This document shows positions 41,261 through 50,303 of a stretch of DNA of 64,000 bases, in pieces. Position numbers and translations under genes: made by a program. The DNA is from Cytophagaceae bacterium. Lineage in GTDB: Bacteria > Bacteroidota > Bacteroidia > Cytophagales > UBA9547. The stretch spans positions 3,969 through 67,968 of the forward strand of contig JAIYAU010000022.1 in the NCBI GenBank assembly GCA_027488865.1. The letters are read 5' to 3'. How positions within the stretch are numbered: the stretch's first letter is position 1; each line of letters begins with the position of its first letter. A model generated the notes under the pieces. The model made no database searches and was not told where the DNA came from. It worked only from the letters and a program-made list of their open reading frames with translations.

Positions 41261-42619
41261 TTAATTATCATAAAGTGTTGAAAAAATATGGACCGAAGAG
41301 TTGTTTAAGTCATTGATTTCCTTGTCTATGGATTCAACTTCTATCCCTGTTTCACTAACAGTCTGAGATTTAATTGTATTTTCTGCAAAAATATATGTTC
41401 CTATTTGACTAGGTTTTATCACTTGATCATTTGTGTAGTCATATTCCTTTCTTAAAGCTTTTGCACTTTCAGAATCTTGAGACAACATCACCATATTATT
41501 AATCTCACGAATAATATGGTCACTGTGTGTACTGATAATCACTTTGATACCCGCGTTAGCAGCTTTGACCAGCACACGAGCAAATTTTCGTTGTAAATCA
41601 GGGTGAAGATTTAGTTCTGGTTCATCAATAATGATTGTGCTTCCAGATGTAGCTATGTGGCGAAAATAAAAAATAACACTAGCCAATGACTTGACAGAGC
41701 TTGAAGAGAACTGCATAGACAAATTCTCGCCTTCTAAATAGCTAGGAGAAAACTGTAATTCTCCTAAGTCTGAAGTTACAATTTTACCTGAAATTTCTTG
41801 TTCAAGTGCTTCGGCTAAATATGAAAATTTGCCATTCCTTTTGGATAAATTTGTAAGATCCTGAGCCAATCTAATATTATCGGTCAAAATTCTATTATAT
41901 CTTTGCTGACTATATTTTAATAATGGATCATCATTTAGTCTATTCAGTGAAATTTCTTTTGAAAAGGTATCAATTGCAAGTCTTTCCGCAGGGAAAAATT
42001 TGGTGCTTGTAAAATTTGGCATTAATACTTTGTCCATCACTGCTCTTAAATGAATTTTTGAAAACAGATCGACTTCAAATAAATCATCTTCTAAGAGTTC
42101 CTCATCCTCAGAAATTAAATCTTCAACGCTTAAACGTATTTCAATATCAAATGAGTCTTTTAGTTTGTTACAGTACGACATTACATCTCTTCCATCCTCT
42201 TTTGACAAACGGCTTGTCCTATCATATTCAAGTTTCTTTAACCTGGATATATAGTAATCACGTTCATCTGGAATAATGTCAAATTCAAAGTTTTTATTAC
42301 TATAAAAAGGTGTTTTTTTGTCAAAATTAGATTTTATTGATTCTTTAATTTTTGAAGCGACTTCAAAAAGCTTTTCATTATTATCAATATATGACAACGA
42401 ATTTATGGTAATTTTAACAAAGCCATCCTCCCGACTTTTTTGCGATACCAAATCCTTTGATTCAATGTTAAAAAATCTTCGTTCCTTCCCTATCTCATAA
42501 ATAAAATAAGAAAAATAGGTCTTTCCTGTATTGTTCTTTCCACAAAAAACAATCAAGTCATGATCAAGGTCTACTTCACCCTGTTTTATATATCCTAAAT
42601 TTTCTACTTTAATTTTCAA
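41261..42619 (-). CDS. ABC/OLD-type AAA ATPase (AAA_15/AAA_21-like)
   Basis: 452 aa with a TTG start. Walker A GKNNTGKT (res 27-34), signature-like FSSSSVKSL (304-312), Walker B TIIIDEPELNLHP (328-340), H-loop ISTHSDHII (362-370). An acidic helical insert separates Walker A from the signature. Confidence 0.8.
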   Translation of the reverse strand: MKIKVENLGYIKQGEVDLDHDLIVFCGKNNTGKTYFSYFIYEIGKERRFFNIESKDLVSQKSREDGFVKITINSLSYIDNNEKLFEVASKIKESIKSNFDKKTPFYSNKNFEFDIIPDERDYYISRLKKLEYDRTSRLSKEDGRDVMSYCNKLKDSFDIEIRLSVEDLISEDEELLEDDLFEVDLFSKIHLRAVMDKVLMPNFTSTKFFPAERLAIDTFSKEISLNRLNDDPLLKYSQQRYNRILTDNIRLAQDLTNLSKRNGKFSYLAEALEQEISGKIVTSDLGELQFSPSYLEGENLSMQFSSSSVKSLASVIFYFRHIATSGSTIIIDEPELNLHPDLQRKFARVLVKAANAGIKVIISTHSDHIIREINNMVMLSQDSESAKALRKEYDYTNDQVIKPSQIGTYIFAENTIKSQTVSETGIEVESIDKEINDLNNSSVHIFSTLYDN

Positions 42620-42652
42620 TTTTTAAGCTTAAAGCCAATTCAACACTCAACA

Positions 42653-43552
42653 TTAAAAATACCCTTGTTTTTTTCTATCCTCCATCGCAGCTTCAGAGCG
42701 CTTGTCATCTGCGCGACCTCCGCGTTCTGTTACACGGGCAGAAGAAACCTCCTGTATGATTTCATCTAAGGTGGAGGCAGTGGATTCTACCACACCAGTA
42801 CACGTCATATCACCTACAGTACGACAACGCACGATGCGCTTTTCTACCTGTTCTCCTTTGCCTAGGGTAATAAATGGCGAGTTGGCCAATAACATATTAT
42901 CTCTTTCAACTATTTCTCTTTCATGCGAGAAATAGATGGAAGGAATTGGTATCTGTTCGGCTGCTATGTATTGCCATACGTCCATTTCTGTCCAGTTACT
43001 TATTGGGAAAACCCTAAAATGCTCTCCTTTAGCTTTTTTACCATTATATAAATTCCAAAGTTCAGGACGTTGATTTTTTGGATCCCATTGTCCAAATTCG
43101 TCCCTATGCGAGAAAAAACGTTCTTTTGCCCTTGCCTTTTCTTCATCACGACGTGCACCACCAAAACATGCGTCAAACTTGTATTTCTCTATGGTTTCCA
43201 ATAAAGTTATAGTTTGCAATCCATTTCGTGAAGGATTTGGCCCCTTCTCTTCAACTGCGGTACCTTTATCGATAGAATCTTGAACATTTCCTACAATAAG
43301 TTTTGCACCTATACGAGCAACCAGCTCATCCCTATACTGAATAGCCTCCGGAAAATTGTGGCCAGTATCAATATGAACTAAAGGAAATGGTATTTTAGAT
43401 GGCCAAAAGGCCTTTTCTGCCAATTTTACCAAGCAAATCGAATCTTTACCCCCAGAAAATAAGAGAGCTGGATTTTCAAATTGTGCAACTACCTCACGCA
43501 TGATGTGAATTGCTTCTGCTTCTAATTGCTTAAGATGTGTTAAATTATACAT
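42653..43552 (-). CDS. cysD: Sulfate adenylyltransferase subunit 2
   Basis: 299 aa. PAPS-reductase-fold motif FSGGKDS; C-terminus ...MEDRKKQGYF. Confidence 0.96.
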   Translation of the reverse strand: MYNLTHLKQLEAEAIHIMREVVAQFENPALLFSGGKDSICLVKLAEKAFWPSKIPFPLVHIDTGHNFPEAIQYRDELVARIGAKLIVGNVQDSIDKGTAVEEKGPNPSRNGLQTITLLETIEKYKFDACFGGARRDEEKARAKERFFSHRDEFGQWDPKNQRPELWNLYNGKKAKGEHFRVFPISNWTEMDVWQYIAAEQIPIPSIYFSHEREIVERDNMLLANSPFITLGKGEQVEKRIVRCRTVGDMTCTGVVESTASTLDEIIQEVSSARVTERGGRADDKRSEAAMEDRKKQGYF

Positions 43553-43599
43553 TCGATTTGAAATATCTTGATAGTATTCCTATCAAATAATTTTGAGTA

Positions 43600-44196
43600 T
43601 TAATTTTTGTTTATTTTACTGATTACAAAATCAATTAGCCTTGTTTGGCTTTCTTCAAAACTCAAAATATCAGTTTTGAGTTCAAGGGATGGATTTTGTG
43701 GCTCTTCGAACGGGGCATCTAATCCTGTAAAATTTCTAATTTCTCCGTTTCTAGCCTTTTTATATAGCCCTTTAACGTCTCTTTGTTCACAAACTTCAAA
43801 GGGTGCATTAATATACACCTCCAAAAAGTTTTCTTCACCTACTATGCCCTTCGCAAGCTCTCGGATTTCATAAGTAGGACTGATAAAAGAACATATAGTA
43901 ACAACCCCACAGTTCAAAAACAGCTTTGCCACCTCTGAAGCCCTTCTTATATTTTCTAATCTGTCTGATTCTGAAAAACCAAGATTATTATTAATTCCTG
44001 TTCTTAAATTATCGCCGTCTAATAATTGTGTAAGACGACCTTGCTGGTGCAGTGCCTTTTCTAATGACTTGGCGAGGGTACTTTTACCAGAACCAGATAA
44101 ACCAACCATCCAAATGACAACAGCTTTTTGTTGAAGCAATTGTTCTTTTGCCTCCCGACTTACAATAGTGTCAAAAATTGGATGTATGTTATTCAA
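43600..44196 (-). CDS. cysC: Adenylyl-sulfate kinase
   Basis: 198 aa with a TTG start. GLSGSGKSTLA P-loop and LDGDNLR motif. Confidence 0.93.
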   Translation of the reverse strand: MNNIHPIFDTIVSREAKEQLLQQKAVVIWMVGLSGSGKSTLAKSLEKALHQQGRLTQLLDGDNLRTGINNNLGFSESDRLENIRRASEVAKLFLNCGVVTICSFISPTYEIRELAKGIVGEENFLEVYINAPFEVCEQRDVKGLYKKARNGEIRNFTGLDAPFEEPQNPSLELKTDILSFEESQTRLIDFVISKINKN

Positions 44197-44215
44197 GGTG
44201 TTAAAAATTGAAGCG

Positions 44216-44223
44216 CAAAAGTA
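44216..44223 (-). promoter_or_regulatory. Candidate -7 box (TACTTTTG) for the cysC-cysD-...-cysN transcript
   Basis: Matches TAnnTTTG on the minus strand, about 20 nt upstream of the cysC start. No clear -33 element. Confidence 0.4.
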
Positions 44224-44364
44224 GGTAATTTTAACAAAAGAAAAAATTAAAATTATTTTAACTCAATGACCTACAAGCAAGAATTAGTTCCTAAAAACAC
44301 CAATTATTAAGTTAAAAAGAAATCTACTGTTTGATTTTAAAATTATGAATCCTATCATTGTAAC

Positions 44365-45111
44365 ATGGTTAACGTTGATATTAAAGAAATTAATAGTATT
44401 GCTATTAAAGCAGGTCAAAAAATTCTAGCGATATACAATCAAAACAATTTTTTGGAAAAAATAGAACTTAAAGGAGATAGTTCACCCATAACTATAGCAG
44501 ATAAAGCGGCAAATAAAATAATTGTAGATCAACTACAAAACCTATACCCTTCTATTCCGATAATATCTGAGGAAGAAAAAAATACTGAATTTGAGTTAAG
44601 AAAAGGTTGGGAAACATTTTGGTTAGTAGATCCCTTAGATGGAACGAAAGAATTTATTAACAAAAATGGAGAATTTACTGTAAATATTTCCTTAATATAT
44701 AAAGGTAACCCAATTATGGGTGTAATATATGCACCAGTTCTTGATAGGCTATACTATGGAATTTTAATGATGGGTGCTTTTAAAGAAGAAAATGGAAATA
44801 TCACTAGTATAAAAGTAAATAATAGAATTAACAATCTTATTGCTGTTGGAAGCCGATCGCATGCGTCAGAACAAGATAGTGAATATTTAAAGTCTTATGA
44901 TGTAAAGGAACTAACATCCATAGGCAGTTCCTTGAAATTCTGTTTGGTTGCAGAAGGCCTTGCAGATTTGTACTATAGAAGCGGGCCAACGATGGAATGG
45001 GATACCGCAGCAGGGCATGCTATTGTGATTGCCGCAGGTGGTAAAGTAGAAGGTTTAACGTATAATAAAACAGACTTAAAAAACAGCTCCTTTGTTTGTA
45101 AAGGATTTTAA
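44365..45111 (+). CDS. cysQ: 3'(2'),5'-bisphosphate nucleotidase
   Basis: 248 aa. Inositol-monophosphatase-family motifs: EE...WLVDPLDGTKEF and WDTAAG. Confidence 0.9.
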   Translation: MVNVDIKEINSIAIKAGQKILAIYNQNNFLEKIELKGDSSPITIADKAANKIIVDQLQNLYPSIPIISEEEKNTEFELRKGWETFWLVDPLDGTKEFINKNGEFTVNISLIYKGNPIMGVIYAPVLDRLYYGILMMGAFKEENGNITSIKVNNRINNLIAVGSRSHASEQDSEYLKSYDVKELTSIGSSLKFCLVAEGLADLYYRSGPTMEWDTAAGHAIVIAAGGKVEGLTYNKTDLKNSSFVCKGF

Positions 45112-45167
45112 GTTGTGAGCAAAAAGTATTTCTTGAATCCAAGGAACTTATAATTGAAATAATCGAT

Positions 45168-45175
45168 TATATTTG
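45168..45175 (+). promoter_or_regulatory. Candidate -7 box (TATATTTG) upstream of ssrA
   Basis: Matches TAnnTTTG, 26 nt upstream of the mature tmRNA 5' end. Confidence 0.45.
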
Positions 45176-45200
45176 CACTCCTTTTAAAAAAGGAAGTATT

Positions 45201-45564
45201 GGGGCTGGCCGGTTTTGACGGCTGGAGTGTTCGTGTGTATAAGCATGTCGGGAGTTGGTGGTATCTCCTGTTAAAAATGCCATTCAAACAATAAACGGCG
45301 AAGAAAACTACGCCTTGGCTGCTTAATCGGAGATTAACGCAATTGCCAACGTTCCGCTACTACCAAACTCTGCCGTAGTAGCATAGGGGCGTCATCATGC
45401 AGAGTCGTCTTATGTTCGACATTAGCATAAGATAGTACTAGTGTCTAAGGTATAGATTTAGCTTGTTGTCGGCTTATTTATGCACGAAAATTAAGAGCAA
45501 CTAAGCATGTAGAAGGCGCATCGGGTGCCTTGTCCGGACCAGGGTTCGATTCCCTGCAGCTCCA
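45201..45564 (+). ncRNA. ssrA: Transfer-messenger RNA (tmRNA)
   Basis: The 5' GGGGCTG pairs with the 3' CAGCTCC, including the G3:U wobble. T-arm is CAGGGTTCGATTCCCTG. Tag ORF is GGC GAA GAA AAC TAC GCC TTG GCT GCT TAA (45297-45326), giving GEENYALAA*. The terminal CCA is not fully encoded (ACA follows the stem). Confidence 0.93.
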
Positions 45565-45581
45565 CAGTTTCAAAATCTAGT

Positions 45582-45617
45582 AAAAAAATAAAGCCCTTTA
45601 AAGGGCTTTATTTTTTT
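45582..45617. terminator. Bidirectional Rho-independent terminator shared by ssrA (+) and nuoJ (-)
   Basis: Perfect palindrome ATAAAGCCCTTT/AAAGGGCTTTAT (45588-45611), flanked by A7 upstream and T7 downstream. Confidence 0.85.
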
Positions 45618-45637
45618 ACTTATATAAATCCAAGACT

Positions 45638-46189
45638 TTATATAATTTCCTTTTCCAACAACATCTCCTTTTTTAAGTCCTTTGATTTAGGTCCTTCAGG
45701 GGTATCCTTTTTGGCCAGCATCACTGCGCCTATCATAGCCGAAAGGAATAACAAAGAGGTAATTTCAAATGGCAACAAGAAATCATTAAATAACACCTTA
45801 CCAAGGTTTTTAATTAACCCTATTTGAGAATCACCCCCTGTAACTGCAACTTGATTTTCAGCTCCTTTAAATGCCGCAACTAATGTTAAAAATAATAATC
45901 CAGCAGCAACACCTGCGGCTACTTTTAAAATTAGAGGTTTTTGAGGCTCAGTTTCAGCATTAAGATTAAGAAACATGATCACAAATAAAAATAGCACCAT
46001 TATTGCACCCGCATACACAATTATGTGTACAACAGCCAAGAATTGGGCATTTAACAGAATATAGTGACCAGCTATTGCAAAAAATGTCATAATCAAATAC
46101 AACACACTATGTACGGGATTTTTAGCAACTACTACCATCAAAGAAGTTAATACTGCTAAAAAGGAGAGGAAATAAAAAAACTCTTTCAT
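45638..46189 (-). CDS. nuoJ: NADH-quinone oxidoreductase subunit J
   Basis: 183 aa. ...VVAKNPVHSVLYLIMTFFAIAGHYILLNAQFLAVVHIIVYAGAIMVLFLFVIM... Confidence 0.9.
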   Translation of the reverse strand: MKEFFYFLSFLAVLTSLMVVVAKNPVHSVLYLIMTFFAIAGHYILLNAQFLAVVHIIVYAGAIMVLFLFVIMFLNLNAETEPQKPLILKVAAGVAAGLLFLTLVAAFKGAENQVAVTGGDSQIGLIKNLGKVLFNDFLLPFEITSLLFLSAMIGAVMLAKKDTPEGPKSKDLKKEMLLEKEII

Positions 46190-46226
46190 TTTAAATTTTT
46201 TATTGCAAATACACTATTTATACTAA

Positions 46227-46805
46227 TTATGATAGAGTTACTAAACCTTTACCATAAGGATGGTAATTTCTTTGATTTAAAGGTCCGCCTCCTCTAATTT
46301 TTCCTATTGGATGGTGTTGTGGTTCTACCAATTTATCTTTACCATAAATAAAGTCTCCACGATCGTAATTAGCTGGGGTTAACTCCTCATTTGTTAAGAA
46401 AATTGCCTCTTTGGGACAAGCCTCCTCGCATAACCCACAAAAAATACAACGTAGCATATTTATTTCATAAACAGCTGCATATTTTTCTTCTCTGAAAAGT
46501 CCTTCTTCTCCATTTTTTCTTTCTGCAGCAGTCATAGTAATAGCCTCAGCTGGACAAGTTAATGCGCATAAACCACAAGCAGTGCAACGTTCAGCACCAT
46601 TCTCGTCCTTTTTAAGAACATGAAGCCCTCTATATGATTCTGCAAATTCTCTCTTTACCTCAGGATATTTGATTGTTGTTTTCTTCATAAAGAAATGCTT
46701 CAACGTTATCCACATTCCACCTAAAATTGCAGGAAGATAAATTCTTTCTTTGAAGGTCAACTCCTTATTAACAACCTGCTTACTTCTGCCTGATAATGAT
46801 TCCAT
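46227..46805 (-). CDS. nuoI: NADH-quinone oxidoreductase subunit I
   Basis: Two 4Fe-4S motifs: CTACGLCALTCP and CIFCGLCEEACP. Confidence 0.93.
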   Translation of the reverse strand: MESLSGRSKQVVNKELTFKERIYLPAILGGMWITLKHFFMKKTTIKYPEVKREFAESYRGLHVLKKDENGAERCTACGLCALTCPAEAITMTAAERKNGEEGLFREEKYAAVYEINMLRCIFCGLCEEACPKEAIFLTNEELTPANYDRGDFIYGKDKLVEPQHHPIGKIRGGGPLNQRNYHPYGKGLVTLS

Positions 46806-46824
46806 GTTTCAGTTCAATTAAGTT

Positions 46825-47853
46825 CTACTTATCAAAAACAAGTATAAATATACCAGTTAATACTATGTTAATTATTGACAAAGGTATTAATATTTGCCAA
46901 CCTAATTTCATTAATTGATCATACCTAAAGCGTGGGATAGTCCATCTTACCCACATAAAAAAGAAAATAAAGAATAATATTTTACCAAAAAATGCCAATG
47001 TTCCTATAATCGCGACCAAATTCTGATCTAGATGAAGTGCGCTAATAAATGGTACACTATATCCTCCAAAATAAAGCGCAGACATTACAGCAGAAGAAAC
47101 GAACATATTTGTATACTCGGCAAACAAGTAAAATCCTAACTTCATACTTGAATATTCGGTATGGTACCCTCCTACCAACTCCGCTTCACATTCTGGTAAG
47201 TCAAAAGGTGTTCTATTGGTTTCTGCAAATGAACAAATCAAAAATATAAGAAAACCAAGTGGCTGAAGAACAACGTACCAGTAAGAATTTTGTTGTTGTT
47301 CTACAATAGTACCAATACTTAAAGTGCCAGACATCATTACCAAAGCAATAATTGACAAACCCATTGCTATTTCATAAGAAATATTTTGGGATGCCGCCCT
47401 TATGGCACCAAGCAATGAGAACTTATTGTTTGAGGCCCAGCCGCCGATCATAAGACCATATACTCCTAATGAAACAACACCAAAAACATATAAAATACCA
47501 ATATTAACGTCAGCAACTTGTAAAGGTATTTTTCTACCTCCGATTTCCAAATAACTTCCCCAAGGCAACACAGCAGTAGTCATACAAGCAGTAAGCATAG
47601 AAAGGGAAGGACCTGCAATGAACAAAAATGGATTTGCCCCTGCTGGTATTATTTCCTCTTTCATAACGAGTTTAACACCATCAGCAATCGGTTGCAAAAT
47701 ACCAAAAGGCCCTGCGCGATCTGGACCTATCCTATCTTGGAAGAATCCAGCAAATTTTCTTTCGAAATAGGTAGAATAAGCAGCAATACCTAAACTAATG
47801 GCAAAGATAATGGCCACTAGAATCGTTTTATCAATTAAAAAAGTAAAATCCAT
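46825..47853 (-). CDS. nuoH: NADH-quinone oxidoreductase subunit H
   Basis: 342 aa polytopic protein. ...FQDRIGPDRAGPFGILQP...ETNRTPFDLPE(C)E(A)ELVGGYHTEYS. Confidence 0.95.
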   Translation of the reverse strand: MDFTFLIDKTILVAIIFAISLGIAAYSTYFERKFAGFFQDRIGPDRAGPFGILQPIADGVKLVMKEEIIPAGANPFLFIAGPSLSMLTACMTTAVLPWGSYLEIGGRKIPLQVADVNIGILYVFGVVSLGVYGLMIGGWASNNKFSLLGAIRAASQNISYEIAMGLSIIALVMMSGTLSIGTIVEQQQNSYWYVVLQPLGFLIFLICSFAETNRTPFDLPECEAELVGGYHTEYSSMKLGFYLFAEYTNMFVSSAVMSALYFGGYSVPFISALHLDQNLVAIIGTLAFFGKILFFIFFFMWVRWTIPRFRYDQLMKLGWQILIPLSIINIVLTGIFILVFDK

Positions 47854-47883
47854 AATTTTAAATAATGGTGAATCTAATTGTAA

Positions 47884-48891
47884 TTAGTTAATAAATTTAC
47901 TATCGTCCTTAAATGATGGGTGATCCGCAAACAAACTTATTTTTGGAGGCACTACTGGCTTATCATAAGATAATTCATAGTGATTTTGCCCAATAACTGA
48001 TTTATTATCAACTTTAGCAGGACCTTCAATTACCCAATCAGTGGTTTCCTTTTTCTCAAAACGGCAAGTATTACAAATAAATTCTTCAACCTCACCCCAT
48101 TGATCCTTTCTTGCTGTTACTCTTATAACTTCATTTCCTTTGTACCACAACTGTACTTTACCTGAACATTTATCCGTTGTACAATTTCTATGTGCATTAA
48201 CTGGCTTAGTAAACCAAACTCTATTTTTAAATCTAAATGTTTTATCTGTTAATGCTCCTACAGGACATACATCAATAACATTGCCTGAGAAATCATTTTC
48301 GATAGATTTTTCTATATAGGTGGATATTTCAGCCGAATCTCCCCGATTTAATACCCCATGAACTCTGTCATTAGTTATTTGATCACATGTAAAAACGCAA
48401 CGATAACAAAGGATACAACGTGTCATATGCAATTGCACATATGGCCCTATATCTATTTTATCAAATGTGCGACGTTTAAACTCATATCTTGTTTTTTGTT
48501 TTCCATGTGCATAACCCAAATCTTGCAAATGACACTCCCCTGCCTGATCGCAGATAGGACAATCAAGAGGATGATTTATTAATAAAAATTCAACCACGCT
48601 TGCTCGCGCTTCCATGATTTCGGGAGATGTTTCGTTTAAAACGACCATCCCATCCATTACTTGCGTTCTACACGATGCAACAGGCTTCGGCATCGGGCGT
48701 GGGTCTTTAGTAGAACCTTGAGACACTTTTACAATACAAGTACGGCATTTGCCCCCACTACCTTCTAATTTAGAATAATAGCACATGGCAGGCGGCACAT
48801 TTTTGCCAATTTTTCTTGCTGCCTCTAAAATAGTAGTCCCTGCTGGTACTTCTATTTCGATTCCGTCGATGGTTACTTTTAGTAAATCCAT
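47884..48891 (-). CDS. nuoG: NADH-quinone oxidoreductase subunit G, short form (2Fe-2S plus 4Fe-4S N-terminal module only)
   Basis: 335 aa. Contains CYYSKLEGSGGKCRTC, HPLDCPICDQAGEC and CILCYRCV. Confidence 0.88.
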   Translation of the reverse strand: MDLLKVTIDGIEIEVPAGTTILEAARKIGKNVPPAMCYYSKLEGSGGKCRTCIVKVSQGSTKDPRPMPKPVASCRTQVMDGMVVLNETSPEIMEARASVVEFLLINHPLDCPICDQAGECHLQDLGYAHGKQKTRYEFKRRTFDKIDIGPYVQLHMTRCILCYRCVFTCDQITNDRVHGVLNRGDSAEISTYIEKSIENDFSGNVIDVCPVGALTDKTFRFKNRVWFTKPVNAHRNCTTDKCSGKVQLWYKGNEVIRVTARKDQWGEVEEFICNTCRFEKKETTDWVIEGPAKVDNKSVIGQNHYELSYDKPVVPPKISLFADHPSFKDDSKFIN

Positions 48892-48930
48892 TTTTATTTT
48901 TTAATGAAAACCAAACTTCAAACTTAATAT

Positions 48931-50271
48931 TTACGCCAATACCAATTTATCACCCGTGTAATAAGCACCTGGCTTACAGGCCTCCTCTGGATTAGTTACA
49001 TACCACTCAAATTCTGGCCTAAAATGTTTGATGGCACTTGCAACAGGCCAAGCAGCGGCATCACCCAAAGGACATATTGTGTTACCTTCTATTTTTTTCG
49101 CAACATCAGCCACAAGATCAATATCCTCCATGGTGGCATGTCCATCTAGGAATTTATGTAAAATCTTCTCTACCCAACCTGTACCTTCTCTGCAGGGACT
49201 ACATTGTCCACAAGATTCATGGTGATAGAAACGTTCAAAATTCCATAAGTTATGAACAATACTTGCTGTTTCATCAAAAACAATAAAACCTCCAGAACCT
49301 AACATTGTACCAGTAGCAAAGCCACCATCGGAAAGCGATTCATAAGACATTAGTCTTGGTTCGCCATTGGCCAATTTTAAAATAAGATTAGCGGGTAAAA
49401 TTGGTACTGAAGAACCGCCAGCAACTACAGCTTTTAATTTTCTTCCTTTCCAAATACCACCACAATATTCTTCAGAATAAATAAATTCTTCGACAGTAAC
49501 ACCCATCTCAATCTCATATACACCTGGCTTATTGATATGACCAGAAGCAGATATTAACTTTGTGCCTGTGCTTTTACCTATTCCAATTTTAGCATATTCC
49601 TCGCCACCATTATTGACTATATACGGAACTGCCGCTATAGACTCCACGTTATTAACCACTGTTGGATTAGACCAAACTCCAGAGATTGCAGGAAAGGGTG
49701 GTTTAATACGAGGGTTACCTCTTTTACCTTCAAGCGACTCAATAAGTGCTGTTTCTTCACCACAAATATATGCTCCGGCGCCACAAGTCACGTGGAGTTC
49801 AAGATCGTAACCAGAACCTAATATATTTTTACCCAAGAAGCCATTTGCATAAGCTTCATCAATGGCCCTTTGAAGGATATTAACTACATACATTAATTCG
49901 CCTCTCACGTAGATATAGGACAAGTTAGCACCTAAAGCAAAGCTCGAGGTGATCATACCTTCGATGAGAATATGAGGATTTTTGCTCATGAGATAGCGAT
50001 CCTTAAAAGTACCTGGCTCTGATTCATCAGCATTACAAACTAAATGCCTTGGTTTTCCAGATTTCTTATCTATAAAGCTCCATTTCATTCCAGTAGGAAA
50101 ACCTGCACCTCCACGACCTCTTAGTCCAGATTTTTTCACTTCCTCCACTACCTCATCAGGAGTCATTCTTAACGCTTTTTCTACAGAATTATAACCGCCA
50201 TAACTTCTGTACACTTGGAAATTTTGAATTCCAGGTACATCTATGTCTTTAGTTAATATTTTGATTCCCAT
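48931..50271 (-). CDS. nuoF: NADH-quinone oxidoreductase subunit F
   Basis: 446 aa. GLRGRGGAGFPTG (FMN site) and ESCGQCSPCREG (N3 cluster). Confidence 0.96.
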   Translation of the reverse strand: MGIKILTKDIDVPGIQNFQVYRSYGGYNSVEKALRMTPDEVVEEVKKSGLRGRGGAGFPTGMKWSFIDKKSGKPRHLVCNADESEPGTFKDRYLMSKNPHILIEGMITSSFALGANLSYIYVRGELMYVVNILQRAIDEAYANGFLGKNILGSGYDLELHVTCGAGAYICGEETALIESLEGKRGNPRIKPPFPAISGVWSNPTVVNNVESIAAVPYIVNNGGEEYAKIGIGKSTGTKLISASGHINKPGVYEIEMGVTVEEFIYSEEYCGGIWKGRKLKAVVAGGSSVPILPANLILKLANGEPRLMSYESLSDGGFATGTMLGSGGFIVFDETASIVHNLWNFERFYHHESCGQCSPCREGTGWVEKILHKFLDGHATMEDIDLVADVAKKIEGNTICPLGDAAAWPVASAIKHFRPEFEWYVTNPEEACKPGAYYTGDKLVLA

Positions 50272-50303
50272 TGTTATTGCGTTTTATAGCTTATTCAAAT
50301 AAA

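Noticed and set aside
45525-45827. 100-aa plus-strand ORF spanning the tmRNA 3' end, the terminator and the nuoJ 3' end
   Set aside because: It overlaps a well-supported tmRNA, a palindromic terminator and the nuoJ CDS, so it is not credible as a gene.
47884-48891. NuoG is only 335 aa, against about 900 aa in E. coli. I considered a truncated pseudogene.
   Set aside because: The ORF has clean start and stop codons, intact Fe-S ligand motifs and tight spacing to nuoF and nuoH. From recall, short NuoG lacking the molybdopterin-like domain is the usual form in Bacteroidota.
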